Below are positions 27,782-37,510 of a DNA stretch of 64,000 bases, in pieces (the first letter of the stretch is position 1; each line of letters opens with the position of its first letter). A program made the translations under genes and the position numbers. Source of the stretch: an uncultured Mycoplasmatota bacterium (GTDB lineage Bacteria; Bacillota_I; Bacilli_A; RF39; UBA660); the NCBI GenBank assembly GCA_948434005.1, contig CAOJEH010000001.1, positions 219,880 to 283,879 of the forward strand, written 5' to 3'. The notes beneath the pieces were generated by a model that saw only the letters and a list, made by a program, of their open reading frames with translations, was not told where the DNA came from and made no database searches.

Positions 27782-29902
27782 ATGTTTGATAGAATTACTT
27801 ATATTAGTGATAAAGGCGCAGATGTTAAATTAAAAGATGGTGAAGAAGTTGCTATAAACTTGATGAACTTACACTTAATATTTGAAGATAAAGATAAAAA
27901 AGTATTAGGTGAAGTTGATGATATGGACGGGAATATTGTAAAAGCAAGATTTTTAGGTGAAATTTCAAATGGAAGACTTATTGGTGGTGTAATTAGGAAA
28001 CCATCTCTTGATGCATCAATTAGAGTTATAGAACAAAGTGAAGTCCCTATGATTGTAGGTGAAGCAAAGGAAGGATATATGCCATTAGGAGTAAGCCCTT
28101 TTTATAATGATTATCCAGTATATTTAAATGTTAACAACTTCTTCAGTAATCACTTCGCTATATTAGGAAACAGTGGAGCCGGTAAGAGTTGTGGTGTATC
28201 AAGATTAATTCAAAATATGTTCCAAGATAAGGGGCTTTATCCATATAAATCAAATATGTTTTTCTTTGATTCTTCTGCAGAATACTATAATGCCTTTAAA
28301 GATTTAAGTTCTATTGATCCAAATTTTAATTATAAATTTATTACAACAAATGAAACTGATGGCATTGGGGAAAAATTAAGACTTCCAATTTGGTTATTAA
28401 GTGTTGATGATTTATGTCTACTTTTACAAATAACTAATCATTCCCAAATACCAATAATAGAAAGAATGTTAAAACTAGCCCTTATCTTTGCTGAAAAAGG
28501 AGAACAAGCTAATGCCTTTAAAAATCATTTGATTGCTAAAGCAGTAATGGCTATATTATATACGAATGAGACAAGTCCAAATAAAAGAAATGAAATATTT
28601 TCAATTCTAGATAGTTGTTCAACTCCTGAGTTTAATTTAGAAGCCCCTGTTCAAGGTATTGGTTATACTAGAAAATTCAGAGAATGCTTTATTATAGATT
28701 CTCAAGGACAATTTTCAGAAAGTGTTTTATTAACAGAATATGTATCGAGTTTCATAAATGAAGAATTTGATAATTACGAACCAAAAGGTGGAGTTTTCTA
28801 TACTTTAGAAGATTTAGAAAAAGCTCTTAACTTCACGCTTATTAGTGAAGGGTGGTTAAGAAACGAAAATACATATGGAGATGCTGTTACAATAAGAGTT
28901 AGATTACACTCATTAATAGTGGGTGATAATGCTAAATACTTTGATGTAAAAGACTATGTTACTGTAGAACAACATTTATCATCATTACTAATTTCAAATG
29001 GTAAAAAGTATCAAATTGTTAATATGAACTTTGATGATGTAGATGATTCGTTTGCTAAGGTAATAGTAAAAATATATTCAAGATTAATATTTGAATTTTC
29101 TAAATCACTAAAAGATAGAGCGTCTATTCCTTTTCATGTAATTGTTGAAGAGGCTCATAGGTATATTCAAAATGATACAGATAGATTTTTAATTGGATAT
29201 AATATATTTGAACGTATTGCTAAAGAAGGTCGTAAATATGGTGTTTTGTTAGGTATTATTACACAAAGACCAGTAGAACTTTCAGATACAGTTATTTCCC
29301 AATGTTCAAGTTTCTTAATATTTAAAATAAACCACCCTACTGATGTTGAATATATTAGAAAAATGGTACCAAATATTAGTGATGAGATTATTGAAAAACA
29401 AAAAACATTACAACCTGGTACATGTTTAGGATTCGGTATGGCCTTTACTATTCCTTTAATAGTAAAACTAAAAATGCCAAATCCTGCACCTTTAAGTGGA
29501 AACTGTGATGTTGTAACTATATGGTCAGGAAGACAGAGTAATTCATCAAATATAGAACAGAAAGCAACTAATAATACATCTATACCCGAGGCTAATATGA
29601 CTGAAAACTCTATGCCTATTAGTTTTGATAATCAACAAAATAATAATAATGAAATGATTATAAATACTAATAATGAAGTAAAAGAAGTACCAAATGCTAA
29701 TGATAATTTAATGAATAATAATATAGTATTAAATGATCAAACTGCAGCCTTAGCAAATAGTATCCCAGAACAAATTATGAATACTAACCCAAAAATAGAA
29801 GAACCACTAATAACAACAGAATCTAATGGCCCAAATATTGATTCTTTAAATATAGACGATATTATAAGTGCTCCAGATATAGAGGATATGGATGATGAAT
29901 AA
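27782..29902 (+). CDS. HerA/FtsK-superfamily (DUF87-type) P-loop ATPase with a low-complexity N/Q/acidic C-terminal tail
   Basis: After a ~130-aa N-terminal barrel-like region comes PVYLNVNNFFSNHFAILGNSGAGKSCGVSRL, the DUF87 signature hhh.G.TGSGKS. The Walker B / helicase-like segment is FHVIVEEAHRY. The C-terminal ~190 aa are N-, Q-, D- and E-rich. Confidence 0.65.
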   Translation: MFDRITYISDKGADVKLKDGEEVAINLMNLHLIFEDKDKKVLGEVDDMDGNIVKARFLGEISNGRLIGGVIRKPSLDASIRVIEQSEVPMIVGEAKEGYMPLGVSPFYNDYPVYLNVNNFFSNHFAILGNSGAGKSCGVSRLIQNMFQDKGLYPYKSNMFFFDSSAEYYNAFKDLSSIDPNFNYKFITTNETDGIGEKLRLPIWLLSVDDLCLLLQITNHSQIPIIERMLKLALIFAEKGEQANAFKNHLIAKAVMAILYTNETSPNKRNEIFSILDSCSTPEFNLEAPVQGIGYTRKFRECFIIDSQGQFSESVLLTEYVSSFINEEFDNYEPKGGVFYTLEDLEKALNFTLISEGWLRNENTYGDAVTIRVRLHSLIVGDNAKYFDVKDYVTVEQHLSSLLISNGKKYQIVNMNFDDVDDSFAKVIVKIYSRLIFEFSKSLKDRASIPFHVIVEEAHRYIQNDTDRFLIGYNIFERIAKEGRKYGVLLGIITQRPVELSDTVISQCSSFLIFKINHPTDVEYIRKMVPNISDEIIEKQKTLQPGTCLGFGMAFTIPLIVKLKMPNPAPLSGNCDVVTIWSGRQSNSSNIEQKATNNTSIPEANMTENSMPISFDNQQNNNNEMIINTNNEVKEVPNANDNLMNNNIVLNDQTAALANSIPEQIMNTNPKIEEPLITTESNGPNIDSLNIDDIISAPDIEDMDDE

Positions 29903-29926
29903 AAACTAGTATATCTAGTTTTTTTA
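29902..29926 (+). terminator. Terminator after the HerA-like gene
   Basis: aaaactag-tatat-ctagttttttt. Confidence 0.5.
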
Positions 29927-29953
29927 GTGTATAATTATTATTAGGTGATAAAA

Positions 29954-31261
29954 ATGTTTGAAAGCTTAGGTGACAGATTACAAAATGTAATACATAAGGT
30001 TAAAGGTTATGGAACAATAACAGAAGATAATATATCAGAAATGATGAGAGAAATTAGATTAGCCTTATTAGAAGCAGATGTTAATTATAAAGTAGTAAAA
30101 GAATTTACAAAAGAAGTAAAAGAAAAAGCTTTAGGAGAAGAAGTAAGAAAAAGTATAAAGCCAGGTGATTTATTTGTAAAGATAGTTCATGATGAGCTAA
30201 CAGAATTATTAGGTGGAGAGAGTACCCCTCTAAATTTAAAGGGTAATCCCGCAACATTAATGTTAGTAGGTCTACAAGGTAGTGGTAAAACTACGACTAT
30301 TGGTAAACTATCTAATTTAATTAGAAAAAAGCATGCAAAAAAGCCTCTCTTAGTAGCGTGTGATGTATATAGGCCAGCAGCAATAGATCAATTAAAACAA
30401 ATAGGTAAACAACTAAATATAGAAGTATATGAAGAAGGAAAGAAAAATCCTGTAGAAATATCTAAAAACGCTATTATTTATGCTAAAGAAAATGGATATG
30501 ACTATGTATTAATAGATACTGCAGGTCGTCTTCATATAGATGAAGAGTTAATGGTTGAATTAGAAAATATTAGAACTGAAATAACTCCAGACGAAATACT
30601 ATTAGTAATAGATTCTATGATGGGACAAGATGCAATTAATGTTATAAATGGTTTTAATGATAAACTACCACTAACAGGTGTCATTTTAACTAAACTTGAT
30701 GGTGATACTAGAGGTGGAGTAGCTCTATCAGTTAGACATATTACTAATGTACCTATAAAGTTTATAGGTGTTAGTGAAAAAATGGATGGAATTGATTATT
30801 TTGATCCTGAAAGAATGGCCGGAAGAATTTTAGGAATGGGTGATGTTGTATCTTTAGTTGAAAAAGCAACAGAAGCTATAGATGAAAAAGAAGCAGAAAA
30901 AACAGCTAAAAGAATGCAATCAGGTAAATTTGATCTAGAAGATTTCTTATCAACAATGAAGCAAATGAAAAAGCTAGGACCTCTAGAAAATTTATTAAAA
31001 TTAATACCAGGTGCTAAAAAAATGGGACTTAATAACATTAAAGTAGATCCCAAAGATATGGCTCACATAGAAGCAATTGTATTATCAATGACTCCTAAAG
31101 AAAGAAGAAATCCAGATATTATAAAAGCTAGTAGAAAAACAAGAATCGCTAAAGGCAGTGGTAGATCAGTACAAGAAGTGAACAAACTATTACAACAATT
31201 CGATCAAATGAAAAAAATGATGAAACAAATGACTAATGGCAACTTTAAGTTACCGTTCTAG
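29954..31261 (+). CDS. ffh: Signal recognition particle protein Ffh
   Basis: N domain, G domain (GLQGSGKTTTIGKL, DTAGR, TKLDGDTRGG) and a Met-rich M domain. Has its own TTAGTG-N-TATAAT-like promoter after the insertion. Confidence 0.9.
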   Translation: MFESLGDRLQNVIHKVKGYGTITEDNISEMMREIRLALLEADVNYKVVKEFTKEVKEKALGEEVRKSIKPGDLFVKIVHDELTELLGGESTPLNLKGNPATLMLVGLQGSGKTTTIGKLSNLIRKKHAKKPLLVACDVYRPAAIDQLKQIGKQLNIEVYEEGKKNPVEISKNAIIYAKENGYDYVLIDTAGRLHIDEELMVELENIRTEITPDEILLVIDSMMGQDAINVINGFNDKLPLTGVILTKLDGDTRGGVALSVRHITNVPIKFIGVSEKMDGIDYFDPERMAGRILGMGDVVSLVEKATEAIDEKEAEKTAKRMQSGKFDLEDFLSTMKQMKKLGPLENLLKLIPGAKKMGLNNIKVDPKDMAHIEAIVLSMTPKERRNPDIIKASRKTRIAKGSGRSVQEVNKLLQQFDQMKKMMKQMTNGNFKLPF

Positions 31262-31271
31262 GAGGAATATT

Positions 31272-31817
31272 ATGAGTCAAAAAGATATAAGAAAGTCAGC
31301 AGATATTATATATAGTATTTGTAATAAAAATGGAAGTAATAAGCTTACAGGATATTTTACTACAAGCCCTTCTAATACATGGATAAATAATGATGGCTAT
31401 CTTGAAATTAGAAGTGTTACTAGAAATAATAATTCTATATTTGATACTATTGGTACGATATTTGATGACAATGTTATAATGAAACAGATTGAAACAAAAG
31501 AGGATAATGTATTTTATGATTTAATATCATGGACTTCGGATGGAAAAGAATGTACAATAGTAAATTTTGAAACAAAAGAAGATTTAGAAAAAGTATATGA
31601 AAATGTATCTAGAAAACATAGAGAACATATAAATATTAGTAATATAGAACAAATATGTAATGAAACAGGAGCTATCTATTCTAATATTGATTATAAAAGA
31701 TTTGATAGTCATAAGAAAAAGGAAGCAAAAATTACTGCTCAATCATTAGTAGATGAATTAGAAACAAGAAACTATGAATCTGATGTAAAAGAATCTCGTA
31801 ATATGAAAGTAAGTTAA
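31272..31817 (+). CDS. Hypothetical protein (~181 aa from MSQKDIRK)
   Basis: AGGAGG RBS. Occupies the position where rpsP normally follows ffh. Confidence 0.4.
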   Translation: MSQKDIRKSADIIYSICNKNGSNKLTGYFTTSPSNTWINNDGYLEIRSVTRNNNSIFDTIGTIFDDNVIMKQIETKEDNVFYDLISWTSDGKECTIVNFETKEDLEKVYENVSRKHREHINISNIEQICNETGAIYSNIDYKRFDSHKKKEAKITAQSLVDELETRNYESDVKESRNMKVS

Positions 31818-31899
31818 TAACATTTAAAAAAGATGGGCATAATATATATGCAACATACCTGTCAGTGAATAAAATAGACTAGATAGGAGGAAAGCATAT

Positions 31900-32232
31900 A
31901 TGTTTGGAAACACAAATGAATTTGAAATGAATTCAAATATTGCCGGTAATAATAATGTTATCGAAAATGAAATGAATGTTGATATCGATATGGTATCAAA
32001 TAATGGTCCACAAAATGAAATAAATGGTGGTATGTCAAGCCCAATAACTGAAGCAGTTCAAGAAAGATGTGTTCATAGAACTATCGTTCATGAAGTTCCA
32101 CATGTTTGTCCAATTAGAACTAGAGTAATTAATCACCATGTATATAAACATACATATAGACCATCATACTCTTGCTGTGAAGAAAACACAGTAACTAATG
32201 TTCAATGTGGATCTTGCTGTCAATTTAGATAA
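31900..32232 (+). CDS. CotD-family spore coat protein-like (His/Cys-rich)
   Basis: C-terminal region CVHRTIVHEVPHVCPIRTRVINHHVYKHTYRPSYSCCEENTVTNVQCGSCCQF. It has spaced V-H-x-T/V-H and P-H repeats with paired Cys, as in B. subtilis CotD. The N-terminal half is N-rich and low-complexity. Confidence 0.5.
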   Translation: MFGNTNEFEMNSNIAGNNNVIENEMNVDIDMVSNNGPQNEINGGMSSPITEAVQERCVHRTIVHEVPHVCPIRTRVINHHVYKHTYRPSYSCCEENTVTNVQCGSCCQFR

Positions 32233-32249
32233 TAGATTTATTTACAAAG

Positions 32250-32276
32250 AGAAAAGTTAATAGCTTTTCTTTTTTT
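32250..32276 (+). terminator. Terminator after the cotD-like gene
   Basis: agaaaag-ttaatag-cttttct followed by tttttt. Confidence 0.45.
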
Positions 32277-32370
32277 GTAAAAAATCAGAATTTTGTAAAT
32301 AATAATAGTAAAATATAGTTGACATATGTATATACTTTGTATATACTAAAAACAAATGGAGATGATGTTG

Positions 32371-32613
32371 ATGGAAGCAAGAATTCAAAAGTGGGGAAAT
32401 TCATCTGGAATTAGAATACCAAGTAGTATCTTAAAATCTTTAAATATTAAAACTAATGATATATTAAATATTGAACAACAAGAGGATAAAATAATTATTA
32501 CTATACCAAAGAAAAAAAAGATATCACTAGAAAGTAGATTTAAAGAATATCATGGAAAAAATCTAGCTAAGGAATTTTCTTGGGATAAAGATATGGGGAA
32601 AGAAATATGGTAA
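32371..32613 (+). CDS. mazE: MazE/PemI-family antitoxin (SpoVT/AbrB fold)
   Basis: MEARIQKWGNSSGIRIPSSILKSLNIKTNDILNIEQQEDKIIIT is the swapped-hairpin AbrB-type motif. Its stop overlaps the start of the toxin gene. Confidence 0.7.
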   Translation: MEARIQKWGNSSGIRIPSSILKSLNIKTNDILNIEQQEDKIIITIPKKKKISLESRFKEYHGKNLAKEFSWDKDMGKEIW

Positions 32614-32948
32614 AAAAATATATACCAAAGCAAGGTGATGTTGTTTTTTTTGATTTTAATCCTACAAAAGGACATGAACAAGCAGGAGCTAGACCAGCTG
32701 TTGTTATAAGTAATAATATTTTTAATCAAAATACTAAAATGGTTATTGTATGTCCTATTACATCTAATAATAAGGAGTTTCCAACACACCATGAGTTAGA
32801 GGATACTAAGAATGTATATGGATCAGTTTTATGTGAACATATAAGAAGCATAGATTATGAAATTAGAAATTTAAGGTTTGTCGAAAAGCTAAGTAACAAT
32901 GACTTTATAAGTATAATTACATTATTAAATGCATGTATTGAGGAATAA
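32607..32948 (+). CDS. mazF: MazF/PemK-family endoribonuclease toxin
   Basis: YIPKQGDVVFFDFNPTKGHEQAGARPAVVISNNIFNQNTKMVIVCPITS is the canonical PemK/MazF N-terminus. Confidence 0.8.
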   Translation: MVKKYIPKQGDVVFFDFNPTKGHEQAGARPAVVISNNIFNQNTKMVIVCPITSNNKEFPTHHELEDTKNVYGSVLCEHIRSIDYEIRNLRFVEKLSNNDFISIITLLNACIEE

Positions 32949-33158
32949 AGTATAAAAATAGATTTATTTAGAAAGGGGAAAGCTGATAGGCTTTTCTTTT
33001 TATATATTTATAATAAACAGTAAAATAGAAAGTACAGCATATGTAAATAGAATGTAATTGGCATGTATTTATAATGTAAAAAAATAATGTCTAATTTTGT
33101 CATATAACTTGATTTATTTACACTGCTCGTTTATGCTTATAATAGGGAGTGTGATACG

Positions 33159-33359
33159 ATGATATACCCATCAATTGACAAACTATTAAATATAGTTGAC
33201 TCAAAATATGAGTTAGTTCATATAGCGGCTAGACGTAGTAAAGAAATATCAGAAACAAATTATTTGCAAATGCCGAAGAATGAGTACAATTGTAAAAAGA
33301 ATATTGGTAGGGCGTTAGAAGAAATTGTAGAGGGACTTCTAACGGTAAGAAAAAGTTAA
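33159..33359 (+). CDS. rpoZ: DNA-directed RNA polymerase subunit omega
   Basis: MIYPSIDKLLNIVDSKYELVHIAARRSKEI versus B. subtilis RpoZ [30 protein letters not shown]. Confidence 0.7.
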   Translation: MIYPSIDKLLNIVDSKYELVHIAARRSKEISETNYLQMPKNEYNCKKNIGRALEEIVEGLLTVRKS

Positions 33360-33404
33360 AAAAGCTTTTTCTTTTTATGTGGTATAATATTTATAGGTGA
33401 GGAT

Positions 33405-34148
33405 ATGAAAATAAATAAATATAAAAAATTAAGAAACGGTAAATACGAACTTACATTAGAAAACTTAGAAATTATAACATTATATGAAGATACAATCTTA
33501 AAATATAATTTATTACTTACAAAAGATATATCTTCAAATAAAAGCGAAATATTAGAATTTGATAAAAAGTGTGATGTTTACTATATAGGTTTAAAATATA
33601 TTAAAAGTAGGGCTAGAAGTATAAAGGAAGTACGAGATAAACTAAGTAGGGAGGAATATCCTATAGATTATATAGACTTAGCTATAGATAAGTTAAAAGA
33701 ACAAGGATATTTAAATGATAGTATTTATGCAAAAAGCTTTTTAAATAATAAATTAATAACAACATCACATGGGCCTTATAAAATAAAGCAAGAAATGCTT
33801 AAAAAAGGTATTAAGGAATCTATAATAAGTGAAGTTTTAAATGATTACACAGAAGATATTCAAGAAGAAAAAATAAAAAAGATAATAACCAGAATGATTA
33901 AATCTAATAGAAATAAAGGAAATAATTTGTTAAAAAGAAAGATGAATATAGAATTAATAAATGAGGGTTTTTCAAAGGAATTAATAAATAATGCTATTAA
34001 TAATTGTGAATTTAATGATGATAAAGATATAGCTAAAAAAGAGTATGAAAAATTATATAAAAAGTTAAGTATAAAATATAGTGGAAAAGAATTAGAATAT
34101 AAAATAAAACAAAAGCTGTATCAAAAAGGATTAGTATATGAAGAATAG
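33405..34148 (+). CDS. recX: Recombination regulator RecX
   Basis: Has RYELTLENLEIITLYEDTILKYNL...SRARSIKEVRDKL...YLNDSIYAKSFLNNKLITTSHGPYKIKQEMLKKGI, the three-helix-repeat RecX pattern collinear with B. subtilis RecX (YfhG). Confidence 0.7.
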   Translation: MKINKYKKLRNGKYELTLENLEIITLYEDTILKYNLLLTKDISSNKSEILEFDKKCDVYYIGLKYIKSRARSIKEVRDKLSREEYPIDYIDLAIDKLKEQGYLNDSIYAKSFLNNKLITTSHGPYKIKQEMLKKGIKESIISEVLNDYTEDIQEEKIKKIITRMIKSNRNKGNNLLKRKMNIELINEGFSKELINNAINNCEFNDDKDIAKKEYEKLYKKLSIKYSGKELEYKIKQKLYQKGLVYEE

Positions 34149-35544
34149 AAAAATAATAATCATAACTTTGTTAGTAGTAGTATCACTTATATCTAGTCTA
34201 TTTATAACTATAGGTCTAGATTATTACTGGCATATTACTGCGGGAAAATATATGTTTAATAATCATACTATATTAACACATGATATATTTTCTTGGTTCT
34301 TATATAATAAAAGTTGGATATCCCATGAATGGTTATTTGAAAATATTATTTATGTCTTAAAAATCATATTTGGTGATTATAATGTCTTAGTATATTGTAT
34401 TATTTGTATATCTAGCCTATTATTAATAATATTTTTAAATAATAAAAATTATAGTAAAAATACATTGTTTACAATGATTTGGTTAATGCTATTTATTATA
34501 ATGAATTCATACTGTATAATACCTAGACCTCATATGTTAAGTAATATCTTATTTGCAGTAACTATATATCTACTATATGATTTAAAAGAAAATGAACATT
34601 CAAATAAAATATACATACTACCAGTAATTTCAGTATTATGGTCTAATATACATGGAGGTTCATCTAATTTATCTTATATTTTAATAATTTTATTTATAGT
34701 TACAGGTTTAATATCATTTGATAATAAATATATCCAGTCAAATAAATTATCTAAAAAGCAATTAAAAAAATATATAATAACCCTAATAATTTGTATTCTT
34801 TCAATATGTATAAATCCACATGGTATAAAAATGCTTATATATCCATATACAAATATTTTAGATATAACAATGCAACAAAATATTACAGAGTGGCAATCTA
34901 TTTTAAAAATAACACCAAATAATTATATTTATTTTAGTTTTATTATATTTTTACTAATAGTACTTATAAAGAGTAAAGAAAAATTAAAACTTACAGATTT
35001 ATTATTATTGATATTATTTATAATATTAGGAATAAAGAGTTTTAGATTTTCAAATTATATTTATATAGTATCATCATTCTTTATATTTAATTATATAGAA
35101 AAAAGAGAAAATGATAAAAATACAAATATAATATTAATAAATATTAGTATAATTTTATTAGTATTATTTATATTAAATATATCAACAATCAAAATGATAA
35201 TATCTCTAAAGCCAATATCTAATAAAATGATAACTACAATTAAAAAAGAAAACCCTAAGAGATTGTTTAATTTATATGATGATGGAGGATATTTAATTAG
35301 TAATGAAATCAAAGTGTTTATAGATGGTAGAGCAGATTTATATTCAAAGTATAACTATAAAGATTATATAAACATTTCTAATAACATTAATACAAAAGAA
35401 CTTATAAATAAATATAGTTTCGATTATTTTTTAGTTAATAATAAATATAAAATAAATGACTATTTAAAAAATAATGCTGATTATATTATAGTTTTAAAAG
35501 ATAATAATAACATTTTATATAAAAAAATAGTATCAACTACTTAA
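34138..35544 (+). CDS. Hypothetical large polytopic membrane protein (468 aa)
   Basis: At least 10 predicted TM segments. Overlaps the recX stop. A possible glycosyltransferase or ligase-type integral membrane enzyme, but no motif could be assigned. Confidence 0.45.
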   Translation: MKNRKIIIITLLVVVSLISSLFITIGLDYYWHITAGKYMFNNHTILTHDIFSWFLYNKSWISHEWLFENIIYVLKIIFGDYNVLVYCIICISSLLLIIFLNNKNYSKNTLFTMIWLMLFIIMNSYCIIPRPHMLSNILFAVTIYLLYDLKENEHSNKIYILPVISVLWSNIHGGSSNLSYILIILFIVTGLISFDNKYIQSNKLSKKQLKKYIITLIICILSICINPHGIKMLIYPYTNILDITMQQNITEWQSILKITPNNYIYFSFIIFLLIVLIKSKEKLKLTDLLLLILFIILGIKSFRFSNYIYIVSSFFIFNYIEKRENDKNTNIILINISIILLVLFILNISTIKMIISLKPISNKMITTIKKENPKRLFNLYDDGGYLISNEIKVFIDGRADLYSKYNYKDYINISNNINTKELINKYSFDYFLVNNKYKINDYLKNNADYIIVLKDNNNILYKKIVSTT

Positions 35545-35583
35545 AGCAGAAAAGCTGATACTATTTTTAATAGTTAATAAGTT

Positions 35584-36594
35584 TTATTTAGATGTATCAG
35601 AACTACCTGCATTTTTAATTAAATCATCCATATAGTTCTTATATCTTTTTTCTAAGTCACTATCTCCAAAAGTGATCTTATTATCTTCTCTAATAGTCAT
35701 TAGAGTCTTATAATATATAGTTTTATCATTATTTAGTTTATTACTAGTTAGAGTTTCTTTAATACTAGATTTAACTCCTTTTAGAGTCTTCTTTTCTTTT
35801 TCCCCAGTTTTTAATATTATATGATAACCATAAGAAGATTCAACAGGTTCTTTTGTGTATTCATTCTTTTTTAATTTTAATGAGGCATTCCAAAAGCTTC
35901 CATCCATATCATCTTTATTAAAGTAACCTAAATCTCCGCCTTTAGATTTAGTAGCATCATCATCAGAGTATTTCTTAGCAAGATCACTAAACTTTTTACC
36001 ATTATTAAGTTCTTTTATAACTTTTTTAGCTTTCTTTAAAGCCTTCTCTTTAGCTTTATCTTTTTCTTCATCTGACATATCATCTTTAGTTTTAACAGAT
36101 ATTAAGATATGACTAGCTTTTATATCTCCATAGATATTTTCTTCATAGTATTTTTTTATTTCAGCATCAGTAATATTGTCAGAAATATAATCATTAACAG
36201 CTTTATTTCTCTTATATTCAAGTGATAGAGTCTCTCTAAGCTCATCTTCACTATCGACACCAAAATATGACTTAATTGTTGCTAGGTAAGTAGCTTCGTT
36301 ATCCTTATAATATGATTTTATATTTTCAATTTGACTATTAATAGAACTTTCTTCCTCACTATCACTAGGATACTTCTTATCAAATAGTTTATGATCTATC
36401 ATGTTAACTAACTTTTGGATAGAGTCTGAATCTTTTTTTAACTCATCATAATAATTATTAGCAGTTATTTTACCTTTTTTAATAGAAACTGCTGTATTAT
36501 TATCCTTTAATTTGGAACTTTTTCCACATCCTGTAATCATTAAAGATAATACTAGTATTAAACCTAAATATATAACTTTCTTATTCTTTTTCAT
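35584..36594 (-). CDS. prsA: Foldase lipoprotein PrsA (parvulin-type PPIase)
   Basis: Lipobox LMITGCG. Parvulin domain SHILISVKT...GGDLGYF...GYHIILKTGEKE. Confidence 0.8.
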   Translation of the reverse strand: MKKNKKVIYLGLILVLSLMITGCGKSSKLKDNNTAVSIKKGKITANNYYDELKKDSDSIQKLVNMIDHKLFDKKYPSDSEEESSINSQIENIKSYYKDNEATYLATIKSYFGVDSEDELRETLSLEYKRNKAVNDYISDNITDAEIKKYYEENIYGDIKASHILISVKTKDDMSDEEKDKAKEKALKKAKKVIKELNNGKKFSDLAKKYSDDDATKSKGGDLGYFNKDDMDGSFWNASLKLKKNEYTKEPVESSYGYHIILKTGEKEKKTLKGVKSSIKETLTSNKLNNDKTIYYKTLMTIREDNKITFGDSDLEKRYKNYMDDLIKNAGSSDTSK

Positions 36595-36670
36595 AAAATC
36601 CTCCTAACAATTAATTATAATAACAAAAAAAGCACTAATGTGCAATTAAATATATAATAATTTTAAAAAT

Positions 36671-37510
36671 TTATTCGACTTTTTTTCCACAAATACTGCA
36701 GAAGTTAGAATTTACCATAGAGCCACAATTAGAACAATATCTAGGTTTAGAAGTATTATTATTTTGATTTATATCTAATACTTCTATATTATTAGTACCC
36801 TCTAAACTATCAGTAATTTTTGAAAATTGATTTATTCTTTTAAATGCATTTATATATAATAGAATTACAAATACTAAGTAAATAACTAGTAATATAAGAT
36901 TTGATACAAGTAATAAATAATCAAAAATAAAATGTGATACTATAGGAATTAGTAAACTTAATAATAAATTTTTTTTCGTTAATTTAAAATTATTATTTAT
37001 TTGTGCTTGTTTAGCCATACCATAGTAATATCCCATAAATACACCATTAAATGCATGCGCTGGTACAGATAAAACTGCTCTTAATATTGCAACACTAATT
37101 CCGCCATCTTTGCTAAAGACATATAATACATTTTCTATAGTTGCAAATCCTAATGATACAAAAACAGCATAAACTATCGCATCATATATATAATTAAAAT
37201 TTTTATTTGTCCAAGTTATTTTCTTTAAGAAAAACCATTTACAATATTCTTCAACTAATGCTACTTTAAAAAAGGTATTAACTGCAATATATAAATATTT
37301 TGTAGATATACCTTCATTTACCTCAGGTAATATAGGATTTAGAAAAGAGGATATAAGTATAGTTAAAATAACTGCACCAATGCCACCCATAAATAATTTA
37401 AGTAATAAACTCTTAGGTTCTTTCTCAACAGTATCTTTTTTATAAACCATAATACCAAGTGCTATTGAAGGTAGTAGAGAAAGTAACAATAGTATTTCTA
37501 TATGATTCAT
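36671..37510 (-). CDS. prsW: PrsW-family intramembrane protease with a C-terminal zinc-ribbon
   Basis: Polytopic protein with the EEYCKWFFL (EExxK) and FNG..MGYYYG motifs typical of PrsW/CPBP-like proteases. C-terminus is CSNCGSMVNSNFCSICG. Confidence 0.55.
   Translation of the reverse strand: MNHIEILLLLSLLPSIALGIMVYKKDTVEKEPKSLLLKLFMGGIGAVILTILISSFLNPILPEVNEGISTKYLYIAVNTFFKVALVEEYCKWFFLKKITWTNKNFNYIYDAIVYAVFVSLGFATIENVLYVFSKDGGISVAILRAVLSVPAHAFNGVFMGYYYGMAKQAQINNNFKLTKKNLLLSLLIPIVSHFIFDYLLLVSNLILLVIYLVFVILLYINAFKRINQFSKITDSLEGTNNIEVLDINQNNNTSKPRYCSNCGSMVNSNFCSICGKKVE

Noticed and set aside
26782-29932. Mobile element (IS, transposon or integrative element) as the explanation for the insertion between ylxM and ffh
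   Set aside because: No transposase, integrase, or recombinase ORF is present. There are no terminal inverted repeats or flanking direct repeats. It is therefore reported as an insertion of unknown mechanism rather than a mobile element.
30796-31053. Minus-strand ORF inside ffh
   Set aside because: It is antisense to a conserved gene.
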